From assembly GCF_009914755.1 (NCBI RefSeq), contig NC_060940.1: 64,000 nucleotides of DNA. One strand, written 5' to 3'. Both the position numbers and the translations under genes were made by a program. Positions 1-13,770 of the stretch are shown here, in pieces (the first letter of the stretch is position 1; the number at the start of each line of letters is the position of its first letter). The DNA comes from the human T2T-CHM13v2.0 reference genome, Homo sapiens. The notes under the pieces were generated by a model. It saw nothing but the letters and a program-made list of their open reading frames with translations, did not search any database and had not been told where the DNA came from.

Positions 1-389
1 CCTTTCCACTGTACACTTTCCATTCTGCTTAGAATTCATCCCAGAGACCTAAGTTTCCGAAATAACATCAAGGCTTCAGAATTAAAGAAGAGATCCAGGC
101 CAAGAATAATACAGCCAAGAAACCAACCAGGTTTTCGTTGAATGGGCACTTTCTGAATGGCGGAGTCACCCCCCGCCGACCATTGCCAACCCACTGGATA
201 AGCTACTTCGGTCTCCAGAAACAAACACAAGACAGGACCTAATTGATTGCTTTTCAGCCTGGTACGGCTGGCCCGATGAAGACAGCTGGCATGCACTTTG
301 TAACACCCTCATTTGTTCTTCCTGCAGTCTCATGTACAGCCCCACGGGTCACTCTGGGGTTTTCCTCTTCATAATTTTATCAGACAAAC

Positions 390-570
390 CCTGCTAATTG
401 GACTGACCTAGAGCAAGACGGTGATGTTGGCAAAGTCGGTGCTCTGTAATACCAGTTCCAGCTTTGTCTTCAACTTGTCCCCACGCTGAGACGGGACCCC
501 TCACGGCGGTGACACATGCCTTGTTCTACATGCTAAAGACCAATGGACTCTGCACCAGATCATCCAGTGG
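390..570 (+). mobile_element. Possible ancient tRNA-derived SINE (MamSINE1-like)
   Basis: Degenerate tRNA-like head (ctagagcaagacggtgatgttggcaaagtc), then ccagttccagctttg and atggactctgcaccagatcatcc, in the order of the recalled MamSINE1 consensus; very diverged. Confidence 0.4.
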
Positions 571-750
571 GAGTCCCAGCTCCGACACTTACAAGCTGAG
601 CGACCTTGGACAATACAATGGCAATGCTAACAAGTTTAATTAACATATGCTGAGCACCTTCTTGTGTCAAGGACGGAGCCAGCATTTCCATGGGGATTAA
701 GTAGACTAATTACCTGAAAGTATTTGTGGCTATCAATATTATCATTAGAT
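570..750 (+). mobile_element. MIR fragment
   Basis: gagtcccagctccgacacttacaagctgagcgaccttggacaa MIR core; catggggattaag 3' part. Confidence 0.6.
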
Positions 751-799
751 TTTGTTCGGTTTCACTCACGTCCTTTCAACATTCATCCTATACATGAAG

Positions 800-1188
800 G
801 CTGTTTGCTGCAAACACCTATGATGCTCACCTGAGGGCTTTTTTTTTTTTTTCTTCCTGGCCATGGGAGTACACTAGGCCTGTGCTGGGAGGTGCCCAAG
901 AGCTAACAGGGTGGGAAGCAGCCGTTAACCAGAGACTGACTGGGATTTCCTCCTCCCTCGGGTGGACAACTCTGAGTGTGTGCCCCATACCACCTCCCAA
1001 AGTTACCCAGCAGAGCTCAGCTCCAATTGGCCATGGTGGAAATGTGCTAGATAATACACATTTTATGGACTTCTTTCCTTCCCCTCTTTCCCTTTCCCCA
1101 CTCCTCTACTAGTGTTTCACCTTCCAAATAGATGATTTCTCAAATTTTTGTCTCTGGTTCTATTTCTGGGAAAACCCAGACTAAGAGA
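800..1188 (+). mobile_element. ERVL solo LTR, LTR16 family (LTR16C-like)
   Basis: gggtggacaactctgag...cttccaaata...tttctgggaaaacccagactaaga matches the recalled LTR16 3' end. Confidence 0.75.
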
Positions 1189-2156
1189 ATAGATCTTAAT
1201 AATAATAATAATACCCCCCACCACAAAACCCCAGCAAGAATACTTGTTACTCGACTGAAAATTTGGGGCATAAAATGCATCAGCAGGTTTGCATCTTGGA
1301 AGAAGGTTAAAATGAAATTAATTACAAAAAATAACAAAAATTGAGAGAGAGAGAGAAAACAGGAATATGGAGAAGCAATGGTAACGTCTTCTGGGAGCAA
1401 ACAAACGGTGACAGAAGTAACCTAGGGCAACTGAGATGGCAACTAAGAAGAGTACAGGGAAGGCCAGAGCCTTCTAGAATTGAGAGAGAGGACAGAGACA
1501 GAGACAGAAAGACCCTGTTGGAGGCACACTGGGCCCTGTTACAGATGAGCTACTTCAATGTCACTGTGGTTTTGCCAGAAAACCAGAGGGCTTACCCTAT
1601 AGGCCCCATTCCTCCAGGTTCTAAAAGGAGCCTAAAATGACAGGTTCCCCTTGGACCAGCAGACAGAGGAGTGGTAGGGTTCAGGCTGTACCTGGCAGGA
1701 ATTTTTAGGGCGTGAGAATTTGAACCGTGGCCTGTGTCGGGAGGTGTGTAGTTTGAGTGGATTCCTCTTCCAGGTCACTCTGTCAGACTCCTCACATTCC
1801 TTCGGCTCCATCTGGAATTGCCCATTTCCCTCTTCCAGGCTGGTCTGCTCCAACCCACTTTCCATGCCCACCCACTGCTGTCTAATATCCTTCAGGGACT
1901 TCGCACTGCTCTCAGGAGAAGGAAAGGTACCCTGGGCCCACCCAGCAACGTCTGGATCTCTCCCTGTGAGCCTCCCCCATCCCCTCTCGGGAGCATCTTG
2001 CTGCTCCGTGAATCAGCCCTGCTCCTTCCAGGGCCTCCCACCATTTCCTCCCTCTGCCTGGCTTCCCAGGCCTGGGCATGGACCTGGGCTAACTCTTCTG
2101 TATCTGTCAAGTGTCAGCTTAGGAGCTTCTTTGAGACGCCTTGCTTTGTACGGATT

Positions 2157-2655
2157 TGTGCTAGGCAGCTCCGGAAATGGCCCCCAGCACCGTCCACTCC
2201 CTGGCATCTGCACTCTCTTGCAGTCCCCTCCCCTCGAGTGTGGGCTGGACTTAGTGAACCACTTCTAATGGATAGAATATGGCAAAAGTGAAGGCGTGTC
2301 GCCTGCAGGATTAGGTCACAAAGGACAGCGGCCTCCATGCTCTCTCCTCCATCACTTGCTCTGATGTGAGCTGCACTGTGAAGTGGCTACTGGCGGGAAA
2401 CCGAGCGCAGCCTCTGGCCAAGAACCCATGAGAAGCTGAATCTTGCAAATGACCCGGCGAGTGAGTTCAGAAGCAGATCCTTCCCCATTCAAACCTTGAG
2501 ATGATGGCGGCCCTGGCTGACACCAAATGTAACCTTGTGAGGAACCCAAGCTAAGCTGTGCCCAGATTCCTGCCCTGTAGAAGCTAAGATGGTACATTGT
2601 TTCAAGCCACTAGGTCTTAGGGTAACTTGTTAGGCAGCAACAGATAACTAATGCA
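2157..2655 (+). mobile_element. MaLR LTR, MLT1F-like
   Basis: Starts tgtgctaggcagc...atggccccc; internal atagaatatggcaaaagtga; ends ttaggcagcaacagataactaatgca. Confidence 0.8.
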
Positions 2656-2749
2656 GATGACCTCTCATCCATATATGCAGACAGGGTACGCTTTAGGGGA
2701 CAATTTTGCAACAGATATGGACTGTAAAACAACTCTGTGTCCAGCTATG

Positions 2750-3015
2750 GGAGGCACAATGGCCTAGTGGCCAAGAGCAGGGCCTCTGAAGTCAGACCAC
2801 CAGGATCTGAATTCTGGCTCTATTCCTTGCCAGTCAGAGGACCCTGTGTCCATTATGTGACCTCTGGGATTCAGTTCTTCATCTACAAAACAGAGGTAAT
2901 AATAAGAGTCACCTTATAAAGTGGATGCAAAGATTAAACAAGATAACACTTGAAAGTTGTTTCAAACAGTACCTGGTCCATAATAAGTATTTAATAAATG
3001 CTGCCTATTATCATT
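2750..3015 (+). mobile_element. MIR (near full length)
   Basis: ctagtggccaagagcagggcctctgaagtcagac...cagttcttcatctacaaaacagaggtaataat...taataaatg. Confidence 0.85.
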
Positions 3016-3999
3016 CTTATGAGGATGATAAGAGAGGGTATAATATAATTTTTGGAAATTGAGCATCTTGCTTTCTGCCTAGGGAGACGCCACAGCTCAT
3101 AAAGGAAGATCATACAAGGTAATAGACAATTAGGTGCTACATCATGTTCTTTAGGTTCTAAAAGAAGGAGTTTAGAAGAGGTTTTTTTTTTTTTTTTTAA
3201 ACAAAAAGGGATAGACTCCCCTGGAATGTTTCACAGTGAAGATTTACCTAGGCAAGAAAGATTATTAGACTCGAAGTGGGCACAAAAGGAAGGAGTAGAG
3301 AATGGCATGTGCAGAGAAGCAGAGGTAGGGACACAGGGGTGAATAAGAGGGCAAGAGGCTTGGCTGGAGTGGAAGGTGAGTACTGGGGGAAAATGACATC
3401 AATTAGGGTAGAAATTTACACACCATCGGCAAAGGCTCAGTCTCAATGCTGTAGGATTGGGGAACTCTGTGGCTAACTCAGTATTTGCGAAAAGTGCTGC
3501 AAACAGGAGAGTTTAGAGGCGGAAGAACCTGAAGGCTGAGAGGTGCCGTGTTCTTAGGACTGGAGACCAGAGGCTGGCTGGCTGTGTCTGTGAGCCCAGA
3601 GGCATTGGGAAGGAAAGGCCCCATGTGGGGATGGAGAGGCCAGCCCTGCCGGACCAGCTGTGGCATGGAACTTCTGGAGCTATCTTCTCTCTGGAAGTGG
3701 GTGAGTCTGAGAATAGCTCCCATTACCCACAAGTCACTGAAGCCCCGAGGCATGAGTGTTTGCAAGTTGGTGCATGTTTAAGGTCAAGGGAACATTGATT
3801 TCCGCCCTGAGTTGTGGGAGAAGCCGCTAATTTGATAAGACAGAACATTAAAGATTCAGTGTGGATGGGTATTGATCATGGGGGGTGGTTCATGTTAGAT
3901 GGGATTTTTTTTTTAAATGATCAAATAACTATGGGTAGAAAACTAAGTAAGAATTACCCACCTGATCCTACCTTGTTTGAGGTGCTGTAAACCTGAGTA

Positions 4000-4200
4000 A
4001 GACATAATGCAGTGATTGAGTGCACAGCTTTGAAGGCAGAGAGATGTGGGTTTGAATCCTGAGTTACCACTTATTAGTTGGGTGGCATTAGATACGTTAG
4101 CCAAATTCTCTGTGCCTCAGGTTCCTTACAGGGACAATAAGACAGTTAATATCTACAGCAAGAAGTCATTGTGAGAATTAAACAGCAAGATACACGTGAC
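4000..4200 (+). mobile_element. MIR
   Basis: gtgggtttgaatcctgagttaccacttattag...tctctgtgcctcagg. Confidence 0.75.
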
Positions 4201-4317
4201 AATAATAGTATAATAATAATTGCAACAACACAACCGTGAGTTGCGTATAGACTAATTTAATTATCACAACCACCCAATGAGGAAACTTGCCAAAGCTTAC
4301 ACAGCATAAAGCCGAGA

Positions 4318-4653
<336 letters not shown>

Positions 4654-5159
4654 TGAAGCTGGGTACTCTGTGTTCAGAGCTGGCACTGTTAACTCTGGAG
4701 AACACAGTTTTAACATAAGACTGCAGTGTCTGGTATATGACACTAAATAGCTACTTAATAATTAACAGCATATATGTTGATAGGAGACCTAGAAGTTCAT
4801 GCTGTCTCTTACATTAAGTCTTTGCAAGCTGCTGAAATCATAGTTGTGATTCTGGAGGGCCTCACTGTTTTTTCTAATGGAACCGTGCAGGGATCCATGC
4901 AAAAAAAAGCAATGGGGGGTCATGAGCCACCCCAGCCTCCACACTGGATGATGGAGACAAGAAAAGGAAAAGAAAGATAATGAAAAAGCAAAAACACACA
5001 CATAAAAGCAAATAAGGAAATGGGGGTACTTTTGGCATTTTGAGTTTGAGGATCTAGGAAAGCTCATCAAAGCCTGGAAAGTGTCAGCAAATGCCACATT
5101 GCATGCCTAAGTCCCATTCCCAAGAGCATCAAGTGGTCTGGAATAACTAAAGGACTCCG

Positions 5160-5530
5160 GTAGGCTGGCACGTTGGTGGCCTCCAGTGAATCACACTTCT
5201 TGGGATTCGTGCCCTTGTTTGCCTCCTCCCGTACCAACTCTGACCTTGGCTGTGTGACTTGCTTTGGCCGATGAGACGGTGGCAAGCTCAAAGCAAGAAG
5301 AGGCTTGATAGGTGCTTGCACTTGGGGCTTGCCCCCTTGGAAGCCAGCCACCATCCTGCAAAGATGCTTTGGCTTGAGCGATGAGAGAGAAAACGTGGAG
5401 AGGGACCACAGAGCTCTGGCCTAGCTCACAGCTGAATCGCCCAGCTGAAATCATGCGGAATACCACTGTTGTGGTTTTAAGTCACTAAATCTTGAGGTGT
5501 CTGGTTATGCAGAAATAAATAACAGAATCA
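5160..5530 (+). mobile_element. MaLR LTR, MLT1G/H-like
   Basis: gtgacttgctttggccgatgag...gttttaagtcactaaatcttgaggtgtctggttatgcagaaataaataacagaa. Confidence 0.75.
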
Positions 5531-5777
5531 ATGACTTTATTTTCTCTCTTAAATATAATTTTCAATTACACAAAATGTATAGGAATCTCTTCATTTTTAA
5601 AAAATAGAATACTACAGATAAAGGCTGAAGTTCCATCCCCAATCTTGGTCTCCTTCCCCCCACTGTAAAAGTTAGCAAGTTAGGGGTCTGGTGTCCATCA
5701 AACCAAGATTTTTAAAGAAACTTTCACATACACAAATATGTACTCATAGATAATATATCAGTTTTTGAGATTGCTTC

Positions 5778-6130
5778 CTACTGCAACTTTGGGGCAATAT
5801 TGTAAGTGACCGCCTTGATGTATTTGAAGATGAAGGTGACAGTTCTCCCCCATAACACGTGGTACAGTTTGGCCAACAGGAGGGATTTCTCTTCTTCAAC
5901 ACTGACATTGTCTGAAAAAAAATCAACTTGCCCCAATCAGGCAGCCCATCTGTCTGCTCTCATGCTTGTCATGAACCTAAATCAATCAGCCAGGGAATTT
6001 AGGAGCCAATTGTCATTTCTCATATCCTCATGGAGAAGAACTCCATCTGGGACAACTTGTTCCAGCATGATTTGGGAGGATGACAGCCAAGAATGGTTTA
6101 GTTTTCCAACAAGGGCCACGTGCCTCCTTG
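5778..6130 (-). mobile_element. Possible ancient non-LTR retrotransposon RT fossil (RTE-X, L4/L5-like)
   Basis: My translation of one minus frame: RHVALVGKL...GVLLHE...DNWLLNSLAD*F...LGQVDFFSDNVSVEEEKSLLLAKLY...FIFKYIKAVTYN; motif order resembles RT domains 2-3 (VDF..AFDSV.R..L.AKL...LIKA.Y.N). Confidence 0.4.
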
Positions 6131-6949
6131 CCTTCCTTGCCACCCCCACCCAGTACCTCTGTTCCCTGCTACATTCCCTACGTAAGGAATATTTGTATCT
6201 GGGGAGAGGAATTAGGAGAAACTCAGGTCTCTGAGAGGCACAATGTTTTGTCTGAGTTTGCAAACGGGACATGGGGGCTTCCAGAGTTCCCCCCATTATT
6301 TACTTTGGAATCTCCTTATCCTGGGGCAGCCAAGGTCAGGCTTGCTGCCTGGGGGCTTGACCACCCATGGGATGGCCCAGGAACAGAGTCAGAGGCCAGA
6401 GGAACAGTTGAGAGTGTCTCTATCTAATTCACACCTTGGCACCAGCTCACGGGGGATGGTGCATCCAATTTACAGCAGGAGCGTCTAATGGGTGTTAGGC
6501 CTCACCAGACACACACCACACACTTCACAGAGTGTAAAGAAGGATCAGTGAACATCCTGCAAATGAGTCACAAAGAAACATTCAGAACCACCGATGAATT
6601 CATCTAATATTTCAATACCTAGAATGTGAGCAGAATGTGTGGCATAATATAAGACAAGGCAGGGCAAACAGGGCACCTGCCCACCAGCCAGTGGCACTGT
6701 CCTCATGACTGTATAGTTATGAAGCCATCCTTATCTCCTGGAGGTGAAAATGAATAATAACATCACTCTAATGTGAAATTAGGGGGAGGGCAGATAGGCT
6801 GTCTGAATTAGGAAGCTAAAATAGCAAACAGAGTACGGTCAAACAAAACTCCTGGCAGCTTTGTATCTCTTTAGTTATCATGCTTAGTTTATATACAAGT
6901 AAGAATTGCTAAAGTAACCTATAGGACCTAAAACATTTTTGGTAAAGGT

Positions 6950-7340
6950 GTTATATTTGATTAAACAAATGATCACAATACTTTGTAACTCATTCCATCA
7001 AGAGGTGGAGTCTATTTCTCTATCTGGGATCTGGGCTGGCCTCATGCCTTTCTTTCAGCCGTAGAGGACAGCACAAGTGACATTGTGTGAGTCCTGGTGG
7101 CCAGGCCACACGGAATAGAATTGAGGCACCAGGCTGATGGTCAGCCAGTCCCCAGCCAACCTACCATTTCACAAATGAGCCCAGCCGTGATTGACTGAGC
7201 CTGGCTCAGGGCAGCAGAAGAACAACTCGGAGGACCCGGATCAAACTGCTGACCCACAGAATCACAAATTAAATAAATGATTGTTGTTTCAAAATAGAGA
7301 GTTTTGGGGTGGTTTGTTATGCACCAAAAGCTAACTGCTA
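6950..7340 (+). mobile_element. MaLR LTR, MLT1H-like
   Basis: ccatcaagaggtggagtctatttc...aactgctgacccacagaatcac...ttttggggtggtttgttatgcacc. Confidence 0.8.
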
Positions 7341-7888
7341 CGTATTTTAAAAACGATTCCAAATTCTATTGACTTGTTTAGCCGACATCATTTCAATACT
7401 GCGATCTATGAAGAAAGACACTCGGCATTGTTTTTCTCCCATTTTATCTCCATCTCCTCACCCTGTGCATACCCCTGAATATGCACTCAACGTAGATTTG
7501 TTGAGTAAAAGAACAGAGTGAAATAGACTTCTCTTGCTGGCACTTTAATTTTTTTTTTCCCAAATGAGGCAGGGAATAATGATAAATACAAGATAAATAA
7601 ATAAAATAGAAAGGAAAAACACAATTAAACTATGTCTTAATTATGCAATATTCTTAATTAATGGGGCATGGATGGATGAATTTTAAAGCATCTGTGAGCT
7701 CCTTCTATCCACCCTTCAACAAATATTTATTTACTACATAATTTGCATTTCGCACTATGCTCACCCCCAGGATACAACAGATAAGGAAGACGGATAGCAT
7801 CCCTGGCCTCATGGAGCTGTAGAAATGTACACCATTAATTCTGCCTAACATAGAATTAATTTCATGTTAGAACTGTAGGTAGCTACAG

Positions 7889-8296
<408 letters not shown>

Positions 8297-8329
8297 TTAA
8301 TTTTTTCCTGTTTATTTACATTTTATAAT

Positions 8330-8400
8330 AAATTCAATAATAATAGTAATATTACTATAATATAGTAATATTATAATAATAATAGTAATAATAGTTTCTA
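8330..8400. repeat. (TAA/TAG)n low-complexity tract
   Basis: aataataatagtaatattactataatatagtaatattataataataatagtaataatag. Confidence 0.85.
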
Positions 8401-9339
8401 ACAAATATATTAGTAGGTATACATAAGAGGAACTAAACAGAAGTATTTCCTGACCTCGTAGTTCTTTCGGTCTGGTCAGGGAGACAGAGATTATATGTAT
8501 AATCACTCTACTAAGCAAATAATTACAAATTAGCCAAGTGCCACAAAGGAAAGTCCCACAGTATGATCACAGGGTAGCATGGCCTAGTCTGGCCGGGGAA
8601 ACCAGGCACAGCAAGTGGCTTGGTATGATGTCATCACGACTCTAGCTGGTGAGTTTTAGGACATTCTTGTTATATAAGGTTTTGAGGACTTGGGACTGAG
8701 TTTTATGGAGTCCATGGACTTGAACTGTTGGCTTGTAAGCACCCTGCGACCGTGTGGTTCCATCTCCCTTTGTCTCCCATCTCACAGTTGCCATTTGTGG
8801 GCATTTTTCCATTCATGGGAGTGCTATAGCTAAAGTCTAGATATTGGGACAAGAGATCATGGATTTGCTTCCTGTGCCCCATTTCCCACGGGTGAGCCAC
8901 TGAAACCTCTCTCTGCCATGGTCCACCTGTAGAATGAGGACACACGTCGCCTCCACCCCACCCCCTCCTTTTTCATTATCGGCCCTCCTTTGCCATGTGC
9001 CCTTGGGGCATCTGGGGTGCCCTGTGGCGCCTCTCCCCCCACCCAGGCATGTGGCGAAGATCACTGAGACGATGTTTGTGAAGTGCCACATGTTTCGAGA
9101 AGAGAGGCATTCTCCAGAGGAATTCCATGAGGGATTGTGATGATTACTGAGCCTCTGTGGAGAGACCTCCGGTACTTGGCAAGGTGCCACCCCCTTATCT
9201 GGAGACAGCTGCTGCCTGGCTGCCCGTGCACTTGCAATCACAGACTTTTCTGCTTCACATACAGATTGCCTGGGGCTGCAGCAGGCAACAGGAGGGGATG
9301 CAGACGAGAGCTGGTGCCCACACCTCTGAGCTATCGGTC

Positions 9340-9430
9340 CATGTTTATTCATTCAACAAATATTTATTGAGTGTCTACTATGAGCCCTTACATGAGTCTA
9401 GACATTGCTGGGGCTTGAAAGCTTATAATG
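9340..9430 (-). mobile_element. L2 3' end fragment
   Basis: ttattcattcaacaaatatttattgagtgtctactatg. Confidence 0.75.
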
Positions 9431-10446
9431 GAGGAGAGAAATTGTTTATGACTTGCTAGCGATGGGGCTCAGCACCAAGCCAAATAATATCTCATTAATC
9501 CCTTTACAGATGAAGAAACTGCTGTTCAGTGACATATAGAGGAGCACAGAGTTAGTAAATGGTGCAGCTGAGACTTGGCTTGATGTCAGCCCAATTCTAA
9601 ACACTGTGATCTTTCTAGTTCTGCTTCAGGAACTTACAAAGATGCCCAAGATCTCCACCTCTACAGAAGCTGAGATCCTTAAACGTGGGCACAGATCTGT
9701 ATCAGCCCTCTGGCCCCCAGCTCACCAAAATAAACACAGCCTGTAGAAAGTCACATTCTTCCCCTCCTGATCCTGGAGCCACCTTCTTAAAAAATGTCTT
9801 TCTTAGGCTCAGGCTTGATAGAGATTCCCAGGTGCAGGCAAGAGGAATGTTCCAGGCAACGGAACCAGCACATACAAGTTCACAGAAACAACAGAGATGT
9901 ATCTACAAGAGCGGACCTGGGTCTGCTTGGTGAAAAGGGAAGAGTCCAGGAAAGGGAAAGATCAAAGGTACAAGAGAAAACAAAAAGGAATAATTGATGG
10001 TGGCAAGATGGGATCAAACCAAACATCCAGCTGAAGTGATAAAGATGTTTTCTGCACAGGCAGGAAGGTTAGATGCAAGAACATTTAAATTAAATAAAGG
10101 CAAGTGATGATCACTAGGATACTTTAAAAGAATGGAAAAGGTTTGGCAGCTTGAGTAGGGAATGGGAATGATGTTGGCAAATCATTTGCTGAAATGTTAT
10201 TTAAAATAGCAAAAGAGTGGAACAGCCTCAGTGTCCAGCAATAGGGGAGAACTTAGGAAAATTCTGAGAAGGATACTGGATGGGATACTATGTAGCTATT
10301 AATAGAGATCATTATGAAGATTTTGTAGCACCATTTTTAAAAGGCTCATGATGTAATACAGTGGGGGAAAACTATAGAAAATAAAAATCTGCTCTATTTT
10401 GATTCCTAAGTGGAAAAAAACAAATAGATGAAAAGAGAAAGACAGG

Positions 10447-10600
10447 GGCTGGGCATGGTGGTTCACACTGATAGTCCCAGTAGTTTGGGAGGCCGAGGCA
10501 GGAGGATTGCTTGAGCCCAGGAGTTTGAGACCAGCCTTGGCAATGTAGTGAGGCCCTCTCTCTACAAAAATACCAAACCAAAACCAAAAAAAAAAAAAAA
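10447..10600 (+). mobile_element. FLAM_C / Alu left monomer
   Basis: Single monomer with ggaggattgcttgagcccaggag, then A-rich tail. Confidence 0.9.
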
Positions 10601-11863
10601 GAGAGAGAAAGAGAGAGACAGATAAGCAACTCCATGGAGCAATGGTTCCAGAGTAGCCCACAAATTCCATTAATTACGTGATATTGTTGGCAAAAGTATG
10701 TGTGTGCACATGCATGTGTGTGTGTGTGCGTGCACACTCACTGTATGAGTAAATTTTTCCTGAGATGAGGTGAGAGCTCCAAGATTTCATTACTTTCCAA
10801 ATAGGTCTATGATCACATCAAGACTATAGAGGAAAGTTCAAATCATTGTACCACAGAGAATGTTCATTTTTGGTTGGGATTCTAAAGTTCTTTGACATAG
10901 CTGAAAAGTATTTTTGCCTAACATTTAACTCCCAACATTCTGAGGACCCACATTACAAATGATTTTTGTGCGGGCCCAGGACTTTGCTCTGCAGGATTCA
11001 ACGCTGACACACTCATACACACTCACACACAGGCACACACACACTTTCTCTCCCACAGTGAGTAATTTCCATCTGGTCTCCCAGTTCTCCTTCCTGGTTC
11101 TCCCTCATTAGGGAACTCTTCTGAGGAGTGAAGGAATCTCTTACTAAAATCATTTCAGGGACCTCATAGGGCTTTACAAAACATTAAATCGCCACCCAAT
11201 GCATGGTCATGGGAAAATCGAGCTCCATGGCTTTGGAACCAATCTGAGGTACTCAAGGCAGAAAGAGATCCCATGAGGCTATTGAACCAAGATGGCTCAC
11301 TGCCCAGAAGACCACATGCCCTTATATCAAGGTGGCACACTTCACAGCGTGGAGCAGGAAGAACAGTGTGCAATAAAGAAAAGAAAAATAACCACTTAGA
11401 AAAACACATGTTTCACGGCTTTTGAATAATTAAAAATGATGGTACCTTTGACTGGGTCATGTGTTCAAGCTGGCCCACAGAGACATGAAAACATTCTGGT
11501 GCTGTTCTGATCCAGCTTATAGTCCTTCAGTCACCAAATGTTTACTGGCCACCTCCCACATGCTTGGTTTCTCCCTTTCCATCAAAGAACAAGAAAATCA
11601 TGTGGCTGTGGGTGTGGAAAGAATGAAAGGGACTTAAGGATTACAGGTGCTGTCCAGCCCACCTTGGGCTTGAATACCTCTATCACCAGTCAAATCAACG
11701 GTATCCTCTGAGCCTCATTCTTCCCATCTGTAAAATGGGTGGCATTACTTATTATGCAAGTCATATGAGAACTCCGTGAGTGAATGTATGTATGGCACCA
11801 AACACAAGATACAAGCACGTAGTAGGTCTACTCTGACATATACATAGAGGATTAAGGAAGGTC

Positions 11864-12165
11864 TTTTTTTTTTTTTTTTTTGAGACAGAGTCTCACTCTG
11901 TTTCTCAGGCTGGAGTGCAGTGGCATGGTCTCAGCTCACTGCAACCTCCACCTCCTGGGTTTTCAAGCAATTCTTGTGCCTCAGCCTCTCGAGTAGCTGG
12001 GATTACAGGCATGTGCCACCACATCTGGCTAATTTTTTTATTTTCAGTAGAGTCAGGGTTTCACCACGTTGGCCAGGCTGGTCTCAAACTCCTGACCTCA
12101 AGTGATCCACCCGCCTTGGCCTCCCAAAGTGCTGGGATTACAGGCATCAACCACTGCACCCAGCT
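11864..12165 (-). mobile_element. Alu (AluS-like)
   Basis: Full dimer reverse complement; TSD aa.gaaggtc. Confidence 0.97.
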
Positions 12166-12749
12166 GCAAAGAAGGTCGTAACACTACATCCCCTTTTATC
12201 ACCCAGGCTGTTGAGCAGATTAAATGAATTAATGAAGTATGGAAGAGCTGCAAAACAAAACAAAAAGCCTCTGTAAAATGTTACAGAAATATCATGATAT
12301 GAGTAAGCTCCTAGCCTGTGTAGGTGTGAAGCTGCCTCATTTTCCAAAGGTCACAGGCTCCCCATTTTACTTATGGTCTTTTCTTGTGCTTCCAAAGAGT
12401 GTGAATTCAGTTGCTGTGGTGAGCTTTTTTTCTAGGTTCTAGCTGAGCCTTGGATGAGCTTTATCATGCTAAGGGTCAACATATCCCCAGACAGAATCGT
12501 ATTTTAATTCAACAGCATTCAGTAGTTATTAAACTATGATAAATGCTAAAGTGGGAAAGATTACACTTAGACATAAGAAGTGTCACTTGAATCACTTAAA
12601 AATATTATAATGTATGGCTAATTGCACCTTGACTATATTATCCAGTGCTGTGAAAACACTTCAGATCCTTAAGTAAGGTACCATTTAAATACCTATTTCG
12701 GTATGTAATGGGTAATATTCTTGAGTGCAAAGGTTGTTAAAGGACCCAA

Positions 12750-12970
12750 TATTCATTGAGTATCTATTATGTGCTAGGCACTTTGTCCACATTAATTCAT
12801 TTAATTCTCGAAACAATTAACTCATGGAGGCAATTATTACCAGCCCCATTTTACTGGTAAGGAAACTCAAATTCAGAGACGTCAAGTAACTTGCCTAAGG
12901 TCACACAGCTGATAAATGGCAGAGCTGAGATTGGAATCTGGGAAAGCCATCTCCAGAATCCACTGTCACA
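12750..12970 (-). mobile_element. MIR
   Basis: cattgagtatctattatgtgctaggcactttg...ccccattttactggtaaggaaactc...aagtaacttgcctaaggtcacacagct. Confidence 0.85.
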
Positions 12971-13265
12971 GACAGATACAATGTGACCTCTGTGACTTCT
13001 CTGCCTCAGTGTCCTCACCTATAATATGGTGTCAGTAATTATACTAGGTTTTTGTGAGGATTGAGATGAGCGAGAAAAGCTCAGAACACAGTGCTCAGTA
13101 AACGAAAGCATTATTTTCTATTGTCATTATTGTCTCCTAAAATGCCATTCTATCACGCTTAAGCTAACAACTCCAGGCCTGGGGTTTGCTTTGGAGAGAA
13201 ATACTTTCTACTTGCCAGCATGGATTTAGTAGGGTTGAAACAATACAGTGCACAGGTCTAGGCGC

Positions 13266-13438
13266 AGAACTGGCTACATAATTTCCATGGTCCATTGCAA
13301 AGTAAAATGTGGTGTCCTTGTCAAAAAACATTAAGGACTTCAAGATGGTGATGGCAGCGCACTGAACCGAGCACCGGGCTTCTAAGCATCAGAATCTTTG
13401 CGAATGCACAAATCGAATGCCCGTGAAGCCAGCACCCA
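13266..13438 (-). mobile_element. MER45A-like hAT (Tip100) MITE
   Basis: cagaactggctacataattt...ttcaagatggtgatggcagcgc...gcccgtgaagccagc, reverse complement of the recalled MER45A. Confidence 0.75.
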
Positions 13439-13617
13439 TGGTGGGAATCGAGGCTGCCTTAGCTACAATCTGTGGTCTTGGGGAATGCAGTGGAACTTTC
13501 TGAGTCTCTCTGATTGCTCATCAGTAAAATGGAGACCATTCCTGCCTCACAGGTTATAGGAAGAACCAAACAAGCTGTTGGATGAAAAAGTCCGGCTCCA
13601 CCACAAAACAGCATGCC

Positions 13618-13770
13618 AGTGCTTCTCAATCCTAACCATGCACCAGGACCACCTGTGAGCCTGCTAAAAATGTAGATGCTGGTGGCTCTTGCTCCTGAAG
13701 ATTTGGATCAGGAGGGCAGGGCTGTGCTTCTGTGATATTAAAAAGTTCAAGGTGATTCTGATTGTGCTAA
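13618..13770. mobile_element. MER5-like hAT-Charlie MITE
   Basis: cagtgcttctcaa...ccacctgtgagcctgctaaaaatgtagatgct...aggtgattctgat. Confidence 0.7.

Noticed and set aside
265-295. ggctggcccgatg resembling a Y RNA 5' end
   Set aside because: Similarity ends after about 13 nt; no complementary 3' stem or T-run terminator
1720-2291. Overlapping 182 aa and 157 aa ORFs
   Set aside because: TTG starts, C/T-rich bias, and both run into the MLT1F LTR
5806-6234. 142 aa plus-strand ORF
   Set aside because: Non-ATG start, no known motifs; antisense to the putative RT fossil
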